DNA of 64,000 nt, taken from assembly GCA_045862895.1 (NCBI GenBank), contig BTUO01000001.1, positions 998,890-1,062,889 on the forward strand. Reading direction: 5' to 3'. A program made the position numbers and the translations under genes. This DNA is from Acidobacteriota bacterium. Its GTDB lineage: Bacteria > Acidobacteriota > Thermoanaerobaculia > Multivoradales > JAGPDF01. Below the pieces are notes generated by a model, which searched no databases, was not told where the DNA came from, and saw only the letters and a program-made list of their open reading frames with translations. Shown piece after piece: positions 17,960 through 28,520 of the stretch (the stretch's first letter is position 1; each line of letters begins with the position of its first letter).

Positions 17960-19525
17960 ATGTCCGCAAAGAGACGCCGGCGCCGTCGGGGGGCCGGCCA
18001 CACGCCTCTCTCGAAGCTCCAGAAGCGCGGAAGCGCTCTTCTGTCTCCGTACGCTGGTCTTCCGATGAAGTCGAGCTTTTGGGACCGCGATCTCGTCCCA
18101 GAGTTCCTCTGGGTTGGCGCCCTCCGCGAACTCGTGCCGCTCGATGACCTTCACAAGCCGCACTACGCGCTCATGGACGCGCTCGACAGCTGCTGGCGCA
18201 GCGAAGAGCCGGCTATCGGAATGATCAGCGAGTTCGGGGACGCAAGCCTGGATAGAGCAGCCTTCGTGACCAACCACGCAGCGGTACTGCGCGATGTCTT
18301 TCTTGGGCCATTTGGGCGTCTGCTTGCGTTCTATCCCGACTCGCCTGCGAGTTGGCTTGTTTCGCGCGAGTTCTTGGATGAAGGCGGCCATCTCGATCCG
18401 GGGAGAGAGATTCCCATTCTCCGCAACCTCGTAACCGATCTCCTGGACCCCCGAGGTGAGCTCGCGACGGCAGTCCGAATGGTGGCCTTGGGAAGACTCC
18501 TCAAGGGCGGTCGGATGCTCTTCCCCAGGGACTTTCCACTCGCGTCCTTGCTGCCGAAGTACCCGGACGGATGCACTGCGGATGAGCGCGCTGAGATCGA
18601 GTCGTTTGGACGGGCCGCCGTTGGTGCCCATCTTTCCGCGACCGCGGAACGGCGCACCAACGAGTGGGCAAGGTACTTCTGGCGCCACAACTACGATCTG
18701 ACTCCCTGCAGACCACGGCTGATGATCGTCGCCGGAGGACGGCCCGCCGAGGCGGGGGATCTCGAGCGACTTCAGGAGCTTGTAGGGAAGAACACCGAGG
18801 CCGCCCGGTCCTACATCGATCGCCTGGCACAGAGGATTGCATACGACCTCTATGAGCCGGAGCAAGGAGAGGTCCTGCACGGATTGTTCGCGCGGACGGT
18901 CCGGCTCTATCTCCTCGTGTGTGAGAACCCATCGCTGTGGGCCAGGGACGTGGCCGGGATTCTGCTTCGCTGCCTAGTCGAGACGGCGATCACGTTCTGC
19001 TACTTGGCGGCAAGAGGCGAAAGCGAGGACTTCCGTCGCTTTCGAGAGTATGGAGAAGCTCAGAAGAAGCTCCTCATGCTCCACCTTCAGGACTCGCACC
19101 CGGATGCCGTGACGCTCGAAGGCAGGACATCCGAAGACATCTCCGCTGAGCTTGGAGGCTTCTCCGCCGAGCTGTTACACATAGAGCTCGGGAACTGGTC
19201 GAAACTGGACGCGCGAAAGCTGGCGAAGGAAGCCGGGCTCGAGGAGTACTACAGGCTCATCTTCACTCCCACGAGCGCCGACATCCATGGAACTTGGGCG
19301 AGTCTGAAGGACTCGAACCTTTCGATCTGTAGCGAGGTCCTTCATCGGTTTCATCGGCTGCCCACCTACGCGGAGCCGCCCCTATTCGTAGCGACGCTCG
19401 AGGCTGCCCAAGCAGTTCTGCGAAGAGTCCATGCTGTGGCAGTCGAGAGGCTCCGATTCCCTCCCGATCTAGTGCTCGAAGGCCTGCTGGACGAACAGCC
19501 CGAGCCAGACGAGCCACCGGCCTAG
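17960..19525 (+). CDS. hypothetical protein (521 aa), lower-GC cargo gene
   Basis: A long ORF with protein-like composition and no recognised motifs. Its GC is visibly lower than that of its neighbours. The true start may be an internal Met near 18065. The antisense ORF 17957-18880 is rejected as non-protein-like. Confidence 0.45.
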   Translation: MSAKRRRRRRGAGHTPLSKLQKRGSALLSPYAGLPMKSSFWDRDLVPEFLWVGALRELVPLDDLHKPHYALMDALDSCWRSEEPAIGMISEFGDASLDRAAFVTNHAAVLRDVFLGPFGRLLAFYPDSPASWLVSREFLDEGGHLDPGREIPILRNLVTDLLDPRGELATAVRMVALGRLLKGGRMLFPRDFPLASLLPKYPDGCTADERAEIESFGRAAVGAHLSATAERRTNEWARYFWRHNYDLTPCRPRLMIVAGGRPAEAGDLERLQELVGKNTEAARSYIDRLAQRIAYDLYEPEQGEVLHGLFARTVRLYLLVCENPSLWARDVAGILLRCLVETAITFCYLAARGESEDFRRFREYGEAQKKLLMLHLQDSHPDAVTLEGRTSEDISAELGGFSAELLHIELGNWSKLDARKLAKEAGLEEYYRLIFTPTSADIHGTWASLKDSNLSICSEVLHRFHRLPTYAEPPLFVATLEAAQAVLRRVHAVAVERLRFPPDLVLEGLLDEQPEPDEPPA

Positions 19526-19678
19526 TCGACAACCGGTTTGCCCGCAGAACCCGCGTCCGGTGTCGTTTCATCGGCGCCCCACATTCGATTCCGCTGCTCG
19601 CGGCGCGCAAGGCCGAGCCCTCCGGGTGGCCTGCGGCCAGCCTTGTCGCGCCGCTGCGCGGCTACATCTCGGGTGGGC

Positions 19679-20212
19679 ATGCGCCGAACGACACCCAACC
19701 GCGAGAGCCAAGATCCCCAGTCCCAGAACCGCCTCAACTTCGTCGAGCCCGGCAAGCCGGGTTTCGAGCCGGAGACGATCGCCCGCTACCGCGTGGCCCT
19801 CGTCCGCGAAGAGGCCACCCCCTATGAGTCGCCCGAGCACTGCGGTGACCCCGCGGCCGCTGCCCGGTTCCTCCACACCATCCTGTCGTCCTGGGATCGG
19901 GAGGTCATGGGCGCCCTGTTCCTGGATACCCGCAACCGGGCGATCGGGCACCAGCTCGCCTACATCGGCACGCTGACCCGCGCCGCCGTCGAGCCTCGCG
20001 GCATCCTGACCGCCGCGTTGCTCGTCAACGCCGCCGGAATCCTCCTCTTCCACAACCACCCGAGCGGGGATCCGTCGCCCAGCGCCGAAGACCTCGCTTT
20101 CACCCGCCGGATGGCGGAGGCGGGCGAAGTCGTCGGGGTCCGGCTCGTCGACCACATCATCGTCGGGGAGGCACCCGCCTTTGTCTCCCTCCGCCAGCGG
20201 GGCGCGTTCTGA
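19679..20212 (+). CDS. radC: RadC-family JAB/MPN domain protein
   Basis: JAMM motif LLFHNHPSGDPSPSAED. The start is chosen at the ATG at 19679 within ORF 19538-20212. Confidence 0.8.
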   Translation: MRRTTPNRESQDPQSQNRLNFVEPGKPGFEPETIARYRVALVREEATPYESPEHCGDPAAAARFLHTILSSWDREVMGALFLDTRNRAIGHQLAYIGTLTRAAVEPRGILTAALLVNAAGILLFHNHPSGDPSPSAEDLAFTRRMAEAGEVVGVRLVDHIIVGEAPAFVSLRQRGAF

Positions 20213-20222
20213 GCTGCTCGCG

Positions 20223-20855
20223 ATGAACGATCAGCTCGCACTCTTCACAGCGCCGGTGCCGGCGACGGCCGACCATGACCCTCCAGGCAACCCCCTGAAC
20301 CGAGACCCCGCCTGGCCTCACACCACCTGGCGATTCGGGTCAGATCGGGAGATCGAGTACCGGCATCCCGAGCCGGCCTCGCCGCCGCCGGCGGCAGTCC
20401 TCGGCGGCACCTGGCAGTGGAACCCGCTGGTCCCCGGCTGGCGCCTCGACTATCCGCGCCCGCCGTTCTCCCTCGCTCCGAAGGGCATCGGCGGAGACCG
20501 GCACGGTCCGAAGCTCCTCCCGCCGTCCGGCTTCCTCGAGATCGACCGACGCCGGCTGGCCGGGCGCTGTCCGCACTGCGGCCAGCAGAGCGGCGGGTGC
20601 TGGGGAGGCCCTGGCTGGCACGGCTGGAGCGACCCCAGGGTGGCCGCCGCCTTCGAGGCGGAGGAAGCGGCCGGCCGGCACTGCTACGGCCTCACGGTCG
20701 TCGACGTGCCGGAACTGGGTCCGCTGAGCCCCCTCTCCCATTACTCGCGATGGGGCGCCGGCTACTGCAGCGCCTGCGGCGCGATCACCTGGAACGACTT
20801 CCGGGATCCCTCCAGCGCCTACTACCGGCCGCCGGTGACGGCCGACGGCCCCTGA
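20223..20855 (+). CDS. hypothetical protein with CxxC...CxxC zinc-ribbon
   Basis: CPHCGQQSGGCWG ... CSACGAITW. Lies downstream of radC, as is often seen on ICEs and plasmids. The start is uncertain (MNDQLALF at 20223). Confidence 0.4.
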   Translation: MNDQLALFTAPVPATADHDPPGNPLNRDPAWPHTTWRFGSDREIEYRHPEPASPPPAAVLGGTWQWNPLVPGWRLDYPRPPFSLAPKGIGGDRHGPKLLPPSGFLEIDRRRLAGRCPHCGQQSGGCWGGPGWHGWSDPRVAAAFEAEEAAGRHCYGLTVVDVPELGPLSPLSHYSRWGAGYCSACGAITWNDFRDPSSAYYRPPVTADGP

Positions 20856-21175
20856 AGCCCTGCGCGGGGGTTCCTACTCCGCCCGGTGCCGAAGGCGTTC
20901 GACTCAGGTCTACAAGCTAATGACCGCACGTCGCCTCGCCTGGAAGCGGCAGGCGCGCTCTCACCCTCGACCTTCACGCGGTCGCCCTTGTCGGGCGTTC
21001 GAGGAGGAATCGGTGTCCAGGCGGCGCAGCGGATCGGTGACCGCCCTCGGCAGCGCAGCTGACGGCTGAAGACCAAACCGCGCATTCGGGGGAAGCGCTG
21101 AACCGGGGACTCGCGCCGAGATCGAGCCCCGCTTCGTGACCAGCCTGCCGGGGAGGCAAGCCTGCTACCGAGGCC

Positions 21176-21960
21176 CGGGCAGGCGAGCGCCGCGCCAGCC
21201 AGAAGCCGCTGTCACGCCTCTCGCCACACGCTCCAGGGTGCCCCACCGGGCTGCGCGCGAGCCCCTCGTCTCCTCCGGGGCGTCGTGCTCGCCCAGCCAC
21301 CCACCCTGGAGCAGCCCGTGCCTCTTCGTCCTCGCGCCCTCACCGACGTCAAGAGTGCGAAGGGCGGTCTCGTCATCCTCCTCCTTTGATCGCGGTCTCC
21401 GCCCAACGTCCCGTAAACCGTGCCCGCGGTGCGCCCGGCCGCAAGGCCAAGCCTCCGGCGCGCCGACTGACGTCAAGCGGCGCGGCCTTGTCGGCCGGGC
21501 TTCGTTCACCCCGGGCTCCCACCGGGCCGTGTTGGACGGTAACCACAACCAAAGGAGAAGGCAGATGACCAACAAGACCGCAATCACCCTCTACGGCAAC
21601 GTCGGCGGAGACCCGGAGACCCGCACCATCCCCGGCAAGCAGGTCACGAAGCAGTTCTACGACCCGATCATCGACGACATGGTCGAGCGCGAGTTCACCA
21701 CCCCCGAACGCGAGGTCCGGACCTTCTCGATCGCCGTCAGCAAGAAGGACGCCGAGGGCAACGACGTCACCCGCTGGATCCGCTGCGATGACTGGAACCG
21801 CCTCTCCCGCCTGGTCGGCAAGGGCGACCGTGTGAAGGTCAAGGGTCACTTCCGCGAGCGCACCTACCAGAAGGACGGCGAGACGAAGACCGTGCGCGAC
21901 TTCGTCGTCGAGGACCTCAAGATCGAGCGCCACAAGATCCGGCAGCGGGCGGAGTAGGAA
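21176..21960 (+). repeat. direct repeat copy 1 (~780 bp; structured leader + ssb-like gene), ~90% identical to 49274-50048
   Basis: Direct comparison of the two regions in the sequence. Similarity begins at GGCAGGCGAGCGCCGCGCCAGCC and ends at the ssb-like stop codon. Substitutions and small indels are concentrated in the non-coding leader. Confidence 0.85.
21565..21957 (+). CDS. SSB-like OB-fold protein (130 aa, no acidic C-terminal tail), copy 1
   Basis: The RBS AAAGGAGAAGG lies 4 nt before the ATG. Third-position GC exceeds 90%, whereas the in-frame upstream extension 21136-21564 has markedly lower third-position bias. ITLYGNVGGDPETRT ... KGDRVKVKGHFRERTYQKDGETKTVRDFVVEDLKI matches the SSB OB-fold pattern. 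Confidence 0.65.
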   Translation: MTNKTAITLYGNVGGDPETRTIPGKQVTKQFYDPIIDDMVEREFTTPEREVRTFSIAVSKKDAEGNDVTRWIRCDDWNRLSRLVGKGDRVKVKGHFRERTYQKDGETKTVRDFVVEDLKIERHKIRQRAE

Positions 21961-21975
21961 CCGCGCGGGGCCTCG

Positions 21976-22000
21976 GGGGCCGCCCCGTCGGGGCGGCCCC
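21976..22000 (+). terminator. GC-rich hairpin GGGGCCGCCCC-gtc-GGGGCGGCCCC after ssb-like copy 1
   Basis: Perfect 11-bp stem with a 3-nt loop, 19 nt after the stop. There is no U-tract, which is common in high-GC genomes. Confidence 0.4.
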
Positions 22001-22146
22001 GCTTCGCGCGGCGTCCTTCGCTGCGGGTCACGGAGGCCCTACCCGTACGGGTGGTCGCCACACCGGGTGGATGTTGCATCGGAGAGGATCGCCGCCCCAA
22101 CCCGAAAGGTGGTGCGCAGCGCTGGAGGTCGTCGTAGCGTTTCGAC

Positions 22147-22500
22147 ATGCGACGGCTCCGGCACAGGCTCGCGTGGTTGGCGGCACTCGCCGCCTTGGCG
22201 TTTGCCGGAGTCCTTCCGCTCTGTGGCGACTGCGGATCGTGCGGCTCGTCGTGCCCGGGTCGCGACGCCTGCCACGAGGTGGCGACGTGGCTGGATGGCC
22301 CGTCGTGCTGCGCATCGGCTGGCCCGGCGGCCGCTGCCGATGCGGCGAGCCAACTCGCGGCCAAAGTCGTGGCGCCGCTGCCCGAAGTCGCCGCCACGCT
22401 CCCGCGCGTCGACGGCCACGTATTGGTCGGCCAGCGCGCGACCTGTCAGGTTTCCCGCACGCTCGATCGCTGTACCCTCTTCTCCTCCTTCCTCATTTGA
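22147..22500 (+). CDS. small secreted Cys-rich protein (CGDCGSCGSSCPGRDACHE...SCCAS)
   Basis: N-terminal signal-like hydrophobic segment. Third-position GC is about 85%. It lies upstream of the cupredoxin operon. Weak RBS and overlapping alternative ORFs keep confidence low. Confidence 0.3.
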   Translation: MRRLRHRLAWLAALAALAFAGVLPLCGDCGSCGSSCPGRDACHEVATWLDGPSCCASAGPAAAADAASQLAAKVVAPLPEVAATLPRVDGHVLVGQRATCQVSRTLDRCTLFSSFLI

Positions 22501-22634
22501 TCTGCCTGCGGTAGCCGCCGCGGCGGCCGGACAGCCCTCCGCGTGGGAGGTGCTGCTCGACCGTCGCTTCGCGCTCGCGTGCGCTCTGCGTTTTCCCGCC
22601 GAGCGCCAGCGGATCCACAGGGGGGAGAAAGTCG

Positions 22635-23153
22635 ATGTCTCGATTCGGCCTCGGTTCGATCGTCGCGCTCGCGGCGCTAGCCGTCGTCCTTGCCGGCTTG
22701 CTCGGGTTCTCCGGTGAAGCGGATACGGCGCCGGGGCCAGTGGAGCGAGAGATCCTGGTCGTTGCACGGTCCTACGCGTTCGAGCCGCCGGTGATCCGGG
22801 CGCGGCGCGGCGACACGCTGCGGCTGCGCTTTGCCTCCACCGACGTGGTCCACGGCTTCTACCTCGAGGGCCACGACCTCGACGTGACGATCCCGCCGCT
22901 GTCGCGCCGAGTTCTCGTCGCGCGCGCCGGCCGGTCGGAGGCGACCGAGGAGGTGGTTCTGGTGCTGGAGCGGTCCGGCAAGTTCCGCTTCCGCTGCTCG
23001 AAGACTTGCGGCGCGATGCACCCGTTCATGCAAGGGGAGCTGATCGTGGGGCCGAATCACCTCTTCGTCGGCTCTTCGATTGCGTCGGTCGCTCTGCTCG
23101 CGGTCGGGCTGGTGTGGGCCCTCGCCTCGCCCGGCCGTGGAGGATCGCGATGA
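22635..23153 (+). CDS. CuA-type cupredoxin domain protein (CoxB-like copper centre)
   Basis: An N-terminal TM or signal segment. The CuA-like ligand set is [11 protein letters not shown] ... [12 protein letters not shown] (compare COX II CSELCGINHAYM). RBS GGGGGAGAAAG. Confidence 0.6.
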   Translation: MSRFGLGSIVALAALAVVLAGLLGFSGEADTAPGPVEREILVVARSYAFEPPVIRARRGDTLRLRFASTDVVHGFYLEGHDLDVTIPPLSRRVLVARAGRSEATEEVVLVLERSGKFRFRCSKTCGAMHPFMQGELIVGPNHLFVGSSIASVALLAVGLVWALASPGRGGSR

Positions 23154-24601
23154 GCCTCCCGATCGTCACTGACCGCCCGTCGCGAGGGATCGACCTCCTG
23201 GCGCGCCTTCCGCTCCTGCGCCGACTCTCGTTGCAGCGGTGGTTCCCGCTCGCAGGTGCTCTCTTCCTGCTCGTGCTCGGAGCGGTCCTGGTCGCGGGCG
23301 GGTTCACCGGCACTCCCGTGGGCAATCGGAGCGGAATCGTGGTGGCGGTCTGGATCCTCTGGTGGTTCCTGTTGATCGCCGTGCTGCTGCCGTTCGGCGC
23401 GCGGGCCTGGTGCGGGGTCTGTCCGGTTCCGGTGATCGGCGACTGGGTCCAGCGTCGCCGGCTCACGAGCGTCGCCGACGAAGACCCGCGCGCCACGTCG
23501 GTGGAACCCGGCAAGCTGATCGGCCGCAATCGCTATTTCGGCCTAGCGTGGCGGTGGCCACGTGCGTTGTCGAACCTCTGGCTCCAGAACCTGGGGTTCC
23601 TCCTGCTCGCCACGTTCAGCGTGGTGCTGCTCACCAGCCCGCTCGCGAGCGCGGTCGCCGTCGTCGGCATGGTGCTCGCCGCGACCGCCGTTGCCTGGGT
23701 CTTTCGGCAGCGGACCTTCTGCCGCTACCTCTGTCCGGTCGGTGGCTTTCTCGGCCTCTACTCGATGAGCTCGACGCTCGCCGTGCGCGCCCGGGAGGCG
23801 AGCGTCTGCGCGGCGTGCCGGGAGAAGAGCTGTCTCGCCGGCAGCGCCGGCGGCTGGGGCTGCCCGTGGCTCCAGTACCCGAGCCGGCTCGACCGGAACA
23901 ACGCCTGCGGCTTCTGTCTCGAGTGCGTGAAGAGCTGCTCGCACGGCAACATGACGATCTTTCTCCGCCGGCCCTTCGCCGAGCGGCGGCTCCTCGGCTG
24001 GGACGAGGCGTTCAAGGCGTACCTCATGGTCGCTCTGGCGATCGCCTACTCGGTGGTCTACCTCGGGCCCTGGGGTGAGCTCAAGGCCGCGGCGAACGTC
24101 GGCGAGGCGAGCGGCTGGCGCGCCTTCGGGCTCTACGCCGGCGCCTTGTGGATCCTGGCTCTGGTCGTCGTGCCCGGCGCCTTCGTGGCGGCGGCCTGGG
24201 GCGGTCGCCGCCTCGCCGGCGCGCGGCTCGCGTTGCGCGATGCGGCACTCGCTTCGGCGAGCGCCCTGGTCCCCTTCGGCCTGCTGGCCTGGATCGCGTT
24301 CAGCGTGCCGCTGATCCTCGCCAACGGCAGCTACGTGCCGAGCGCGTTATCGGACCCCTTCGGCTGGGGGTGGGACCTGTTCGGCGGCGCTGCGATGCCC
24401 TGGAGCCCGCTGCGGCCGCACTGGACGCCCTGGCTCCAGTCCGGTCTCGTCCTGGTCGGCCAGGGCGCGGGGTTCCGCTCGGGCTGGCTCGCTCACCGGG
24501 ATCTCGTGGGCGATCGCCGTGTCGCGGCGATCGCGTTCGCGCCGTCGGCGCTGCTGCTGACGGCGATCGCGCATGTGCTGCTGGTGCTCTATGCGGGGTG
24601 A
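23150..24601 (+). CDS. NosR/NapH/CcoG-like polyferredoxin membrane protein
   Basis: WCGVCPVP and [10 protein letters not shown] motifs plus a Cys cluster CAACREKSC...[11 protein letters not shown], with multiple TM helices. The ATG overlaps the upstream stop. Confidence 0.6.
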   Translation: MSLPIVTDRPSRGIDLLARLPLLRRLSLQRWFPLAGALFLLVLGAVLVAGGFTGTPVGNRSGIVVAVWILWWFLLIAVLLPFGARAWCGVCPVPVIGDWVQRRRLTSVADEDPRATSVEPGKLIGRNRYFGLAWRWPRALSNLWLQNLGFLLLATFSVVLLTSPLASAVAVVGMVLAATAVAWVFRQRTFCRYLCPVGGFLGLYSMSSTLAVRAREASVCAACREKSCLAGSAGGWGCPWLQYPSRLDRNNACGFCLECVKSCSHGNMTIFLRRPFAERRLLGWDEAFKAYLMVALAIAYSVVYLGPWGELKAAANVGEASGWRAFGLYAGALWILALVVVPGAFVAAAWGGRRLAGARLALRDAALASASALVPFGLLAWIAFSVPLILANGSYVPSALSDPFGWGWDLFGGAAMPWSPLRPHWTPWLQSGLVLVGQGAGFRSGWLAHRDLVGDRRVAAIAFAPSALLLTAIAHVLLVLYAG

Positions 24602-24605
24602 GGCG

Positions 24606-25619
24606 ATGACCGCATCGATCGGCGAGAGGGTGGCTGTCCTGGCGGTGGCCGCGGCGCTGGTTGCGGCCGTGGTGATTCCGCTGCGCATCGAGAGCGGGCG
24701 GCGCGACGCGCGGGAGAGCTCCATCCGGACGCTGGAGCTCACCGGCCTGATGCGCCAAGGCATCTGGACCGACGAGCGCGTGACGGCGGCCAACGCCTGG
24801 CGCGACGACTTCCGACCTGCATGTCCGGTGCTCGTGGTCGGCGAGCCGGTGAGGCTGCGCCTCGCGAGCGCCGACGTCGTGCACGCATTCGCGCTGCCCG
24901 ACCTCGGGGTCGCGCCGGTCGAGGTCTATCCGGGGCGGCCCGTGGAGGTCGTCGTCGTGCCGCGCGAAGCGGGAGTCTTCGCGTTCTACTGCACGACGGT
25001 CTGCGGCGACGCCCACTTCGGGATGCGCGGTGTCGTCCAGGTGGTCGAGTCGCCCGGTGTCCAGGTCGCCGAGTCGCCCGGTGTCGCCGCGGCTTCGATC
25101 CCCGCGACGCCCGGTCGCGACTACTGGCGCGCTGAGGCACCCGCCGACGACGCGGGAATGGTGGCGCGGGGAGCCTGGATCTTCCGGCGGCAGGGGTGTG
25201 TCACTTGCCACGGGGAGGGGGCGGCCGGGGGCGTCGCCAATCCCGGGGCGATGAACGCCACCGTTCCGGCGCTGGCGGACCTCGCCCGTCGCACCTTCCT
25301 GTTCACGTCGGCCGACGCGGCGTCGGTGGTGCGCGCGCTGGAGCAAGGGCCGCTCACCGCGCTCGACCAGGCACCTGAGATCCCGCTCTACGCCGTCGTG
25401 AAGAAGCAGTACCTGGCGACCCACCAGCTCGTCGCCTCCGGGCGCGTCGCCGCGCCGATGGACCCCACGAGCTCCCCTCCGCCGCTCGAGATGCCGGCGT
25501 GGGGGGCCCGCCTGACCGGCCGGGACATCGACTCCGTCCTCGCCTACCTGTTGACCCTGAGCCAGGACCGCACCGCGACCGCCGCGGCCGGGCCGGGCTC
25601 GACCACGTCGAAGGAGTGA
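24606..25619 (+). CDS. CuA-cupredoxin/cytochrome c fusion protein
   Basis: CuA-like CTTVCGDAHFGM followed by the haem motif CVTCHGEG, with an N-terminal TM segment. Confidence 0.6.
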   Translation: MTASIGERVAVLAVAAALVAAVVIPLRIESGRRDARESSIRTLELTGLMRQGIWTDERVTAANAWRDDFRPACPVLVVGEPVRLRLASADVVHAFALPDLGVAPVEVYPGRPVEVVVVPREAGVFAFYCTTVCGDAHFGMRGVVQVVESPGVQVAESPGVAAASIPATPGRDYWRAEAPADDAGMVARGAWIFRRQGCVTCHGEGAAGGVANPGAMNATVPALADLARRTFLFTSADAASVVRALEQGPLTALDQAPEIPLYAVVKKQYLATHQLVASGRVAAPMDPTSSPPPLEMPAWGARLTGRDIDSVLAYLLTLSQDRTATAAAGPGSTTSKE

Positions 25620-25623
25620 AGCC

Positions 25624-26241
25624 ATGAGATTCCACATCGTTCCCGCCATCGTCGCCCTCGGACTCGGCTTGGCCCTCACTGGCTGCGCGCGCAGCGAGGG
25701 ATCCGTGCAGGGATCCGCCCCGTCGGCATCCCCTGCGACGCACGTGTCCGCCCCCGCGGTCGACCAGCGGTCCCCATCCCACGCAGGGCACGGTTCCACC
25801 GTCACCACCGCCGCCACGGGGCAGGCGGCACCGGGTCAGATCGTGCCGACGGCGGCTTCGGGTGTCGCCCTGCCCGCCTTCAGCGGGACCCGAGAGGAGA
25901 CGACGCGGTTCATCGAGTACTTCCGGAACATCCCTCTCACTCCCGAGCAAGAGCGAACCAAAGTCGAAGCCCTGACCGCCATCCCCGCGCCCTGCTGCGC
26001 GGAGAACCCGCTCTCGACCTGCTGCTGCCCGTGCAATATGGCCAAGGCGGCGTGGGGGCTCAGCGCCTGGCTGATCACCGAGAAGGGCTTCGGCGCGGAA
26101 CAGGTCCGCGAAGCGACCCGCGCCTGGCTCGCCGCGACGAACCCGGGCGGCTTCTCCGGCGATGCCTGTCACAGCGGTGGCTGCGCCCGGAAGATCAGCC
26201 AGAACGGCTGCGGCGGAATGAACGAGGCCGAGGTGCTCTGA
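25624..26241 (+). CDS. Cys-rich lipoprotein (CCAENPLSTCCCPCNMAK)
   Basis: Lipobox LALTGCA. The Cys cluster suggests metal binding. It is the last gene of the plus-strand operon. Confidence 0.45.
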   Translation: MRFHIVPAIVALGLGLALTGCARSEGSVQGSAPSASPATHVSAPAVDQRSPSHAGHGSTVTTAATGQAAPGQIVPTAASGVALPAFSGTREETTRFIEYFRNIPLTPEQERTKVEALTAIPAPCCAENPLSTCCCPCNMAKAAWGLSAWLITEKGFGAEQVREATRAWLAATNPGGFSGDACHSGGCARKISQNGCGGMNEAEVL

Positions 26242-26295
26242 TCCGGGCTGAGTCGAAGCTCGCCGCCGCCAGAGTGGATCCGGCCGGGGCGAGCT

Positions 26296-27645
<1,350 letters not shown>

Positions 27646-27697
27646 GCCTATATCCGCAGTCCCCCGTACGTCGCTGGCTGCGTCCGCGCGATGCGTT

Positions 27698-28492
27698 CTA
27701 CCGTCCCTGGACGTGCCGGAGCGTCTCCTCGGCGTCGAGCTCGCGTGTCGCGTTGCCGGTGCGCACCAGGAGGTGCGAGCCGTGGCCGTCGCGCAGGAAG
27801 ACCGGGCTCGGCGCCGGCTCGACCGTGACGCGGCAGACGTCGCGGTCGCCGACCCGTTGGAAGAGGACGTGGACGAAGGTGCACGACGCCGTGCCGAGCT
27901 TCTGCGCCACGAGATCGAGGATCAGGCGCTCGAAAGCGTCGTGGCTCCTGCCGCGCAGGGTCGCGAGATCGGGTTCGATCCCGAGGACCTCTCCGGAGTC
28001 GGCGACGCCGATCAGCAATGTTCCCCCACCGCCGTTCAGGAAACCGGCGATCGAGCGGACGATCGGCGACTCGAGCTCACGATGGACACAGCCATTGCGG
28101 TAGTCCCAGCGGATCGACGCCTTGAACTCCAGGCTCTGTCCTTCTCCCTGGCGAATCAGAGTCGCGAGATCGCGATCGAGCAGCCGGGCCAGGCGCTCCA
28201 CTTGCCGCTGGTGGCGCCGAGCCGCCACCGTGAAGAGACCGGAGAAGAGCCCGAGGGCCGTGCCGAAGGCCGCGAAGCGGCCGGTCATCACGAGCATGCC
28301 CGGCTCGAAGGCCGCGAGCAAGCTGTCGAGCGCAAAGCGCCAGGCCCGCCCGAGCCCAGCGGTATCGGGGGCGTGCTCGAGCCAGTAGATGACCATGGTG
28401 GCTGGGTGGAGCAGCAGCACCCCGAGTGCTCCCCCGATCGCCACATGGGCTCCGACCAGCGCCCAGGCGCCGACCCGCGCGATTCGTCGCAT
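27698..28492 (-). CDS. membrane-anchored AlbA_2 (Schlafen-like) domain protein
   Basis: Two N-terminal TM helices, then GEGQSLEFKASIRWDYRNG...LLIGVADSGEVLGIEPD, typical of Pfam AlbA_2 (PF04326). Start taken at MRRIARVGAW. Confidence 0.5.
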   Translation of the reverse strand: MRRIARVGAWALVGAHVAIGGALGVLLLHPATMVIYWLEHAPDTAGLGRAWRFALDSLLAAFEPGMLVMTGRFAAFGTALGLFSGLFTVAARRHQRQVERLARLLDRDLATLIRQGEGQSLEFKASIRWDYRNGCVHRELESPIVRSIAGFLNGGGGTLLIGVADSGEVLGIEPDLATLRGRSHDAFERLILDLVAQKLGTASCTFVHVLFQRVGDRDVCRVTVEPAPSPVFLRDGHGSHLLVRTGNATRELDAEETLRHVQGR

Positions 28493-28520
28493 CACGGCCG
28501 CTGATTCCGATCCGCCGGCC

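Noticed and set aside
17957-18880. 307-aa minus-strand ORF overlapping the 521-aa hypothetical gene
   Set aside because: The composition is less protein-like and there is no start context. The plus-strand ORF is longer and more balanced. Either way there is no functional call.
21136-21564. In-frame 5' extension of ssb-like copy 1 (and 49191-49652 for copy 2)
   Set aside because: Third-position GC bias drops sharply upstream of the RBS-preceded ATG. The translated sequence is Arg/Pro/Ser-rich. Indels between the copies are not in multiples of three in this region.
21990-22010. Palindrome CCCGTACGGG near 22027-22036 downstream of ssb-like copy 1
   Set aside because: It is a single 10-bp palindrome with no partner site or adjacent regulator. 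Random occurrence is likely in GC-rich DNA.
24300-25817. 505-aa minus-strand ORF antisense to the CuA-cytochrome c gene
   Set aside because: The plus-strand frame carries the CuA and CxxCH motifs plus operon context. The antisense product is Arg/Gly/Pro-rich.
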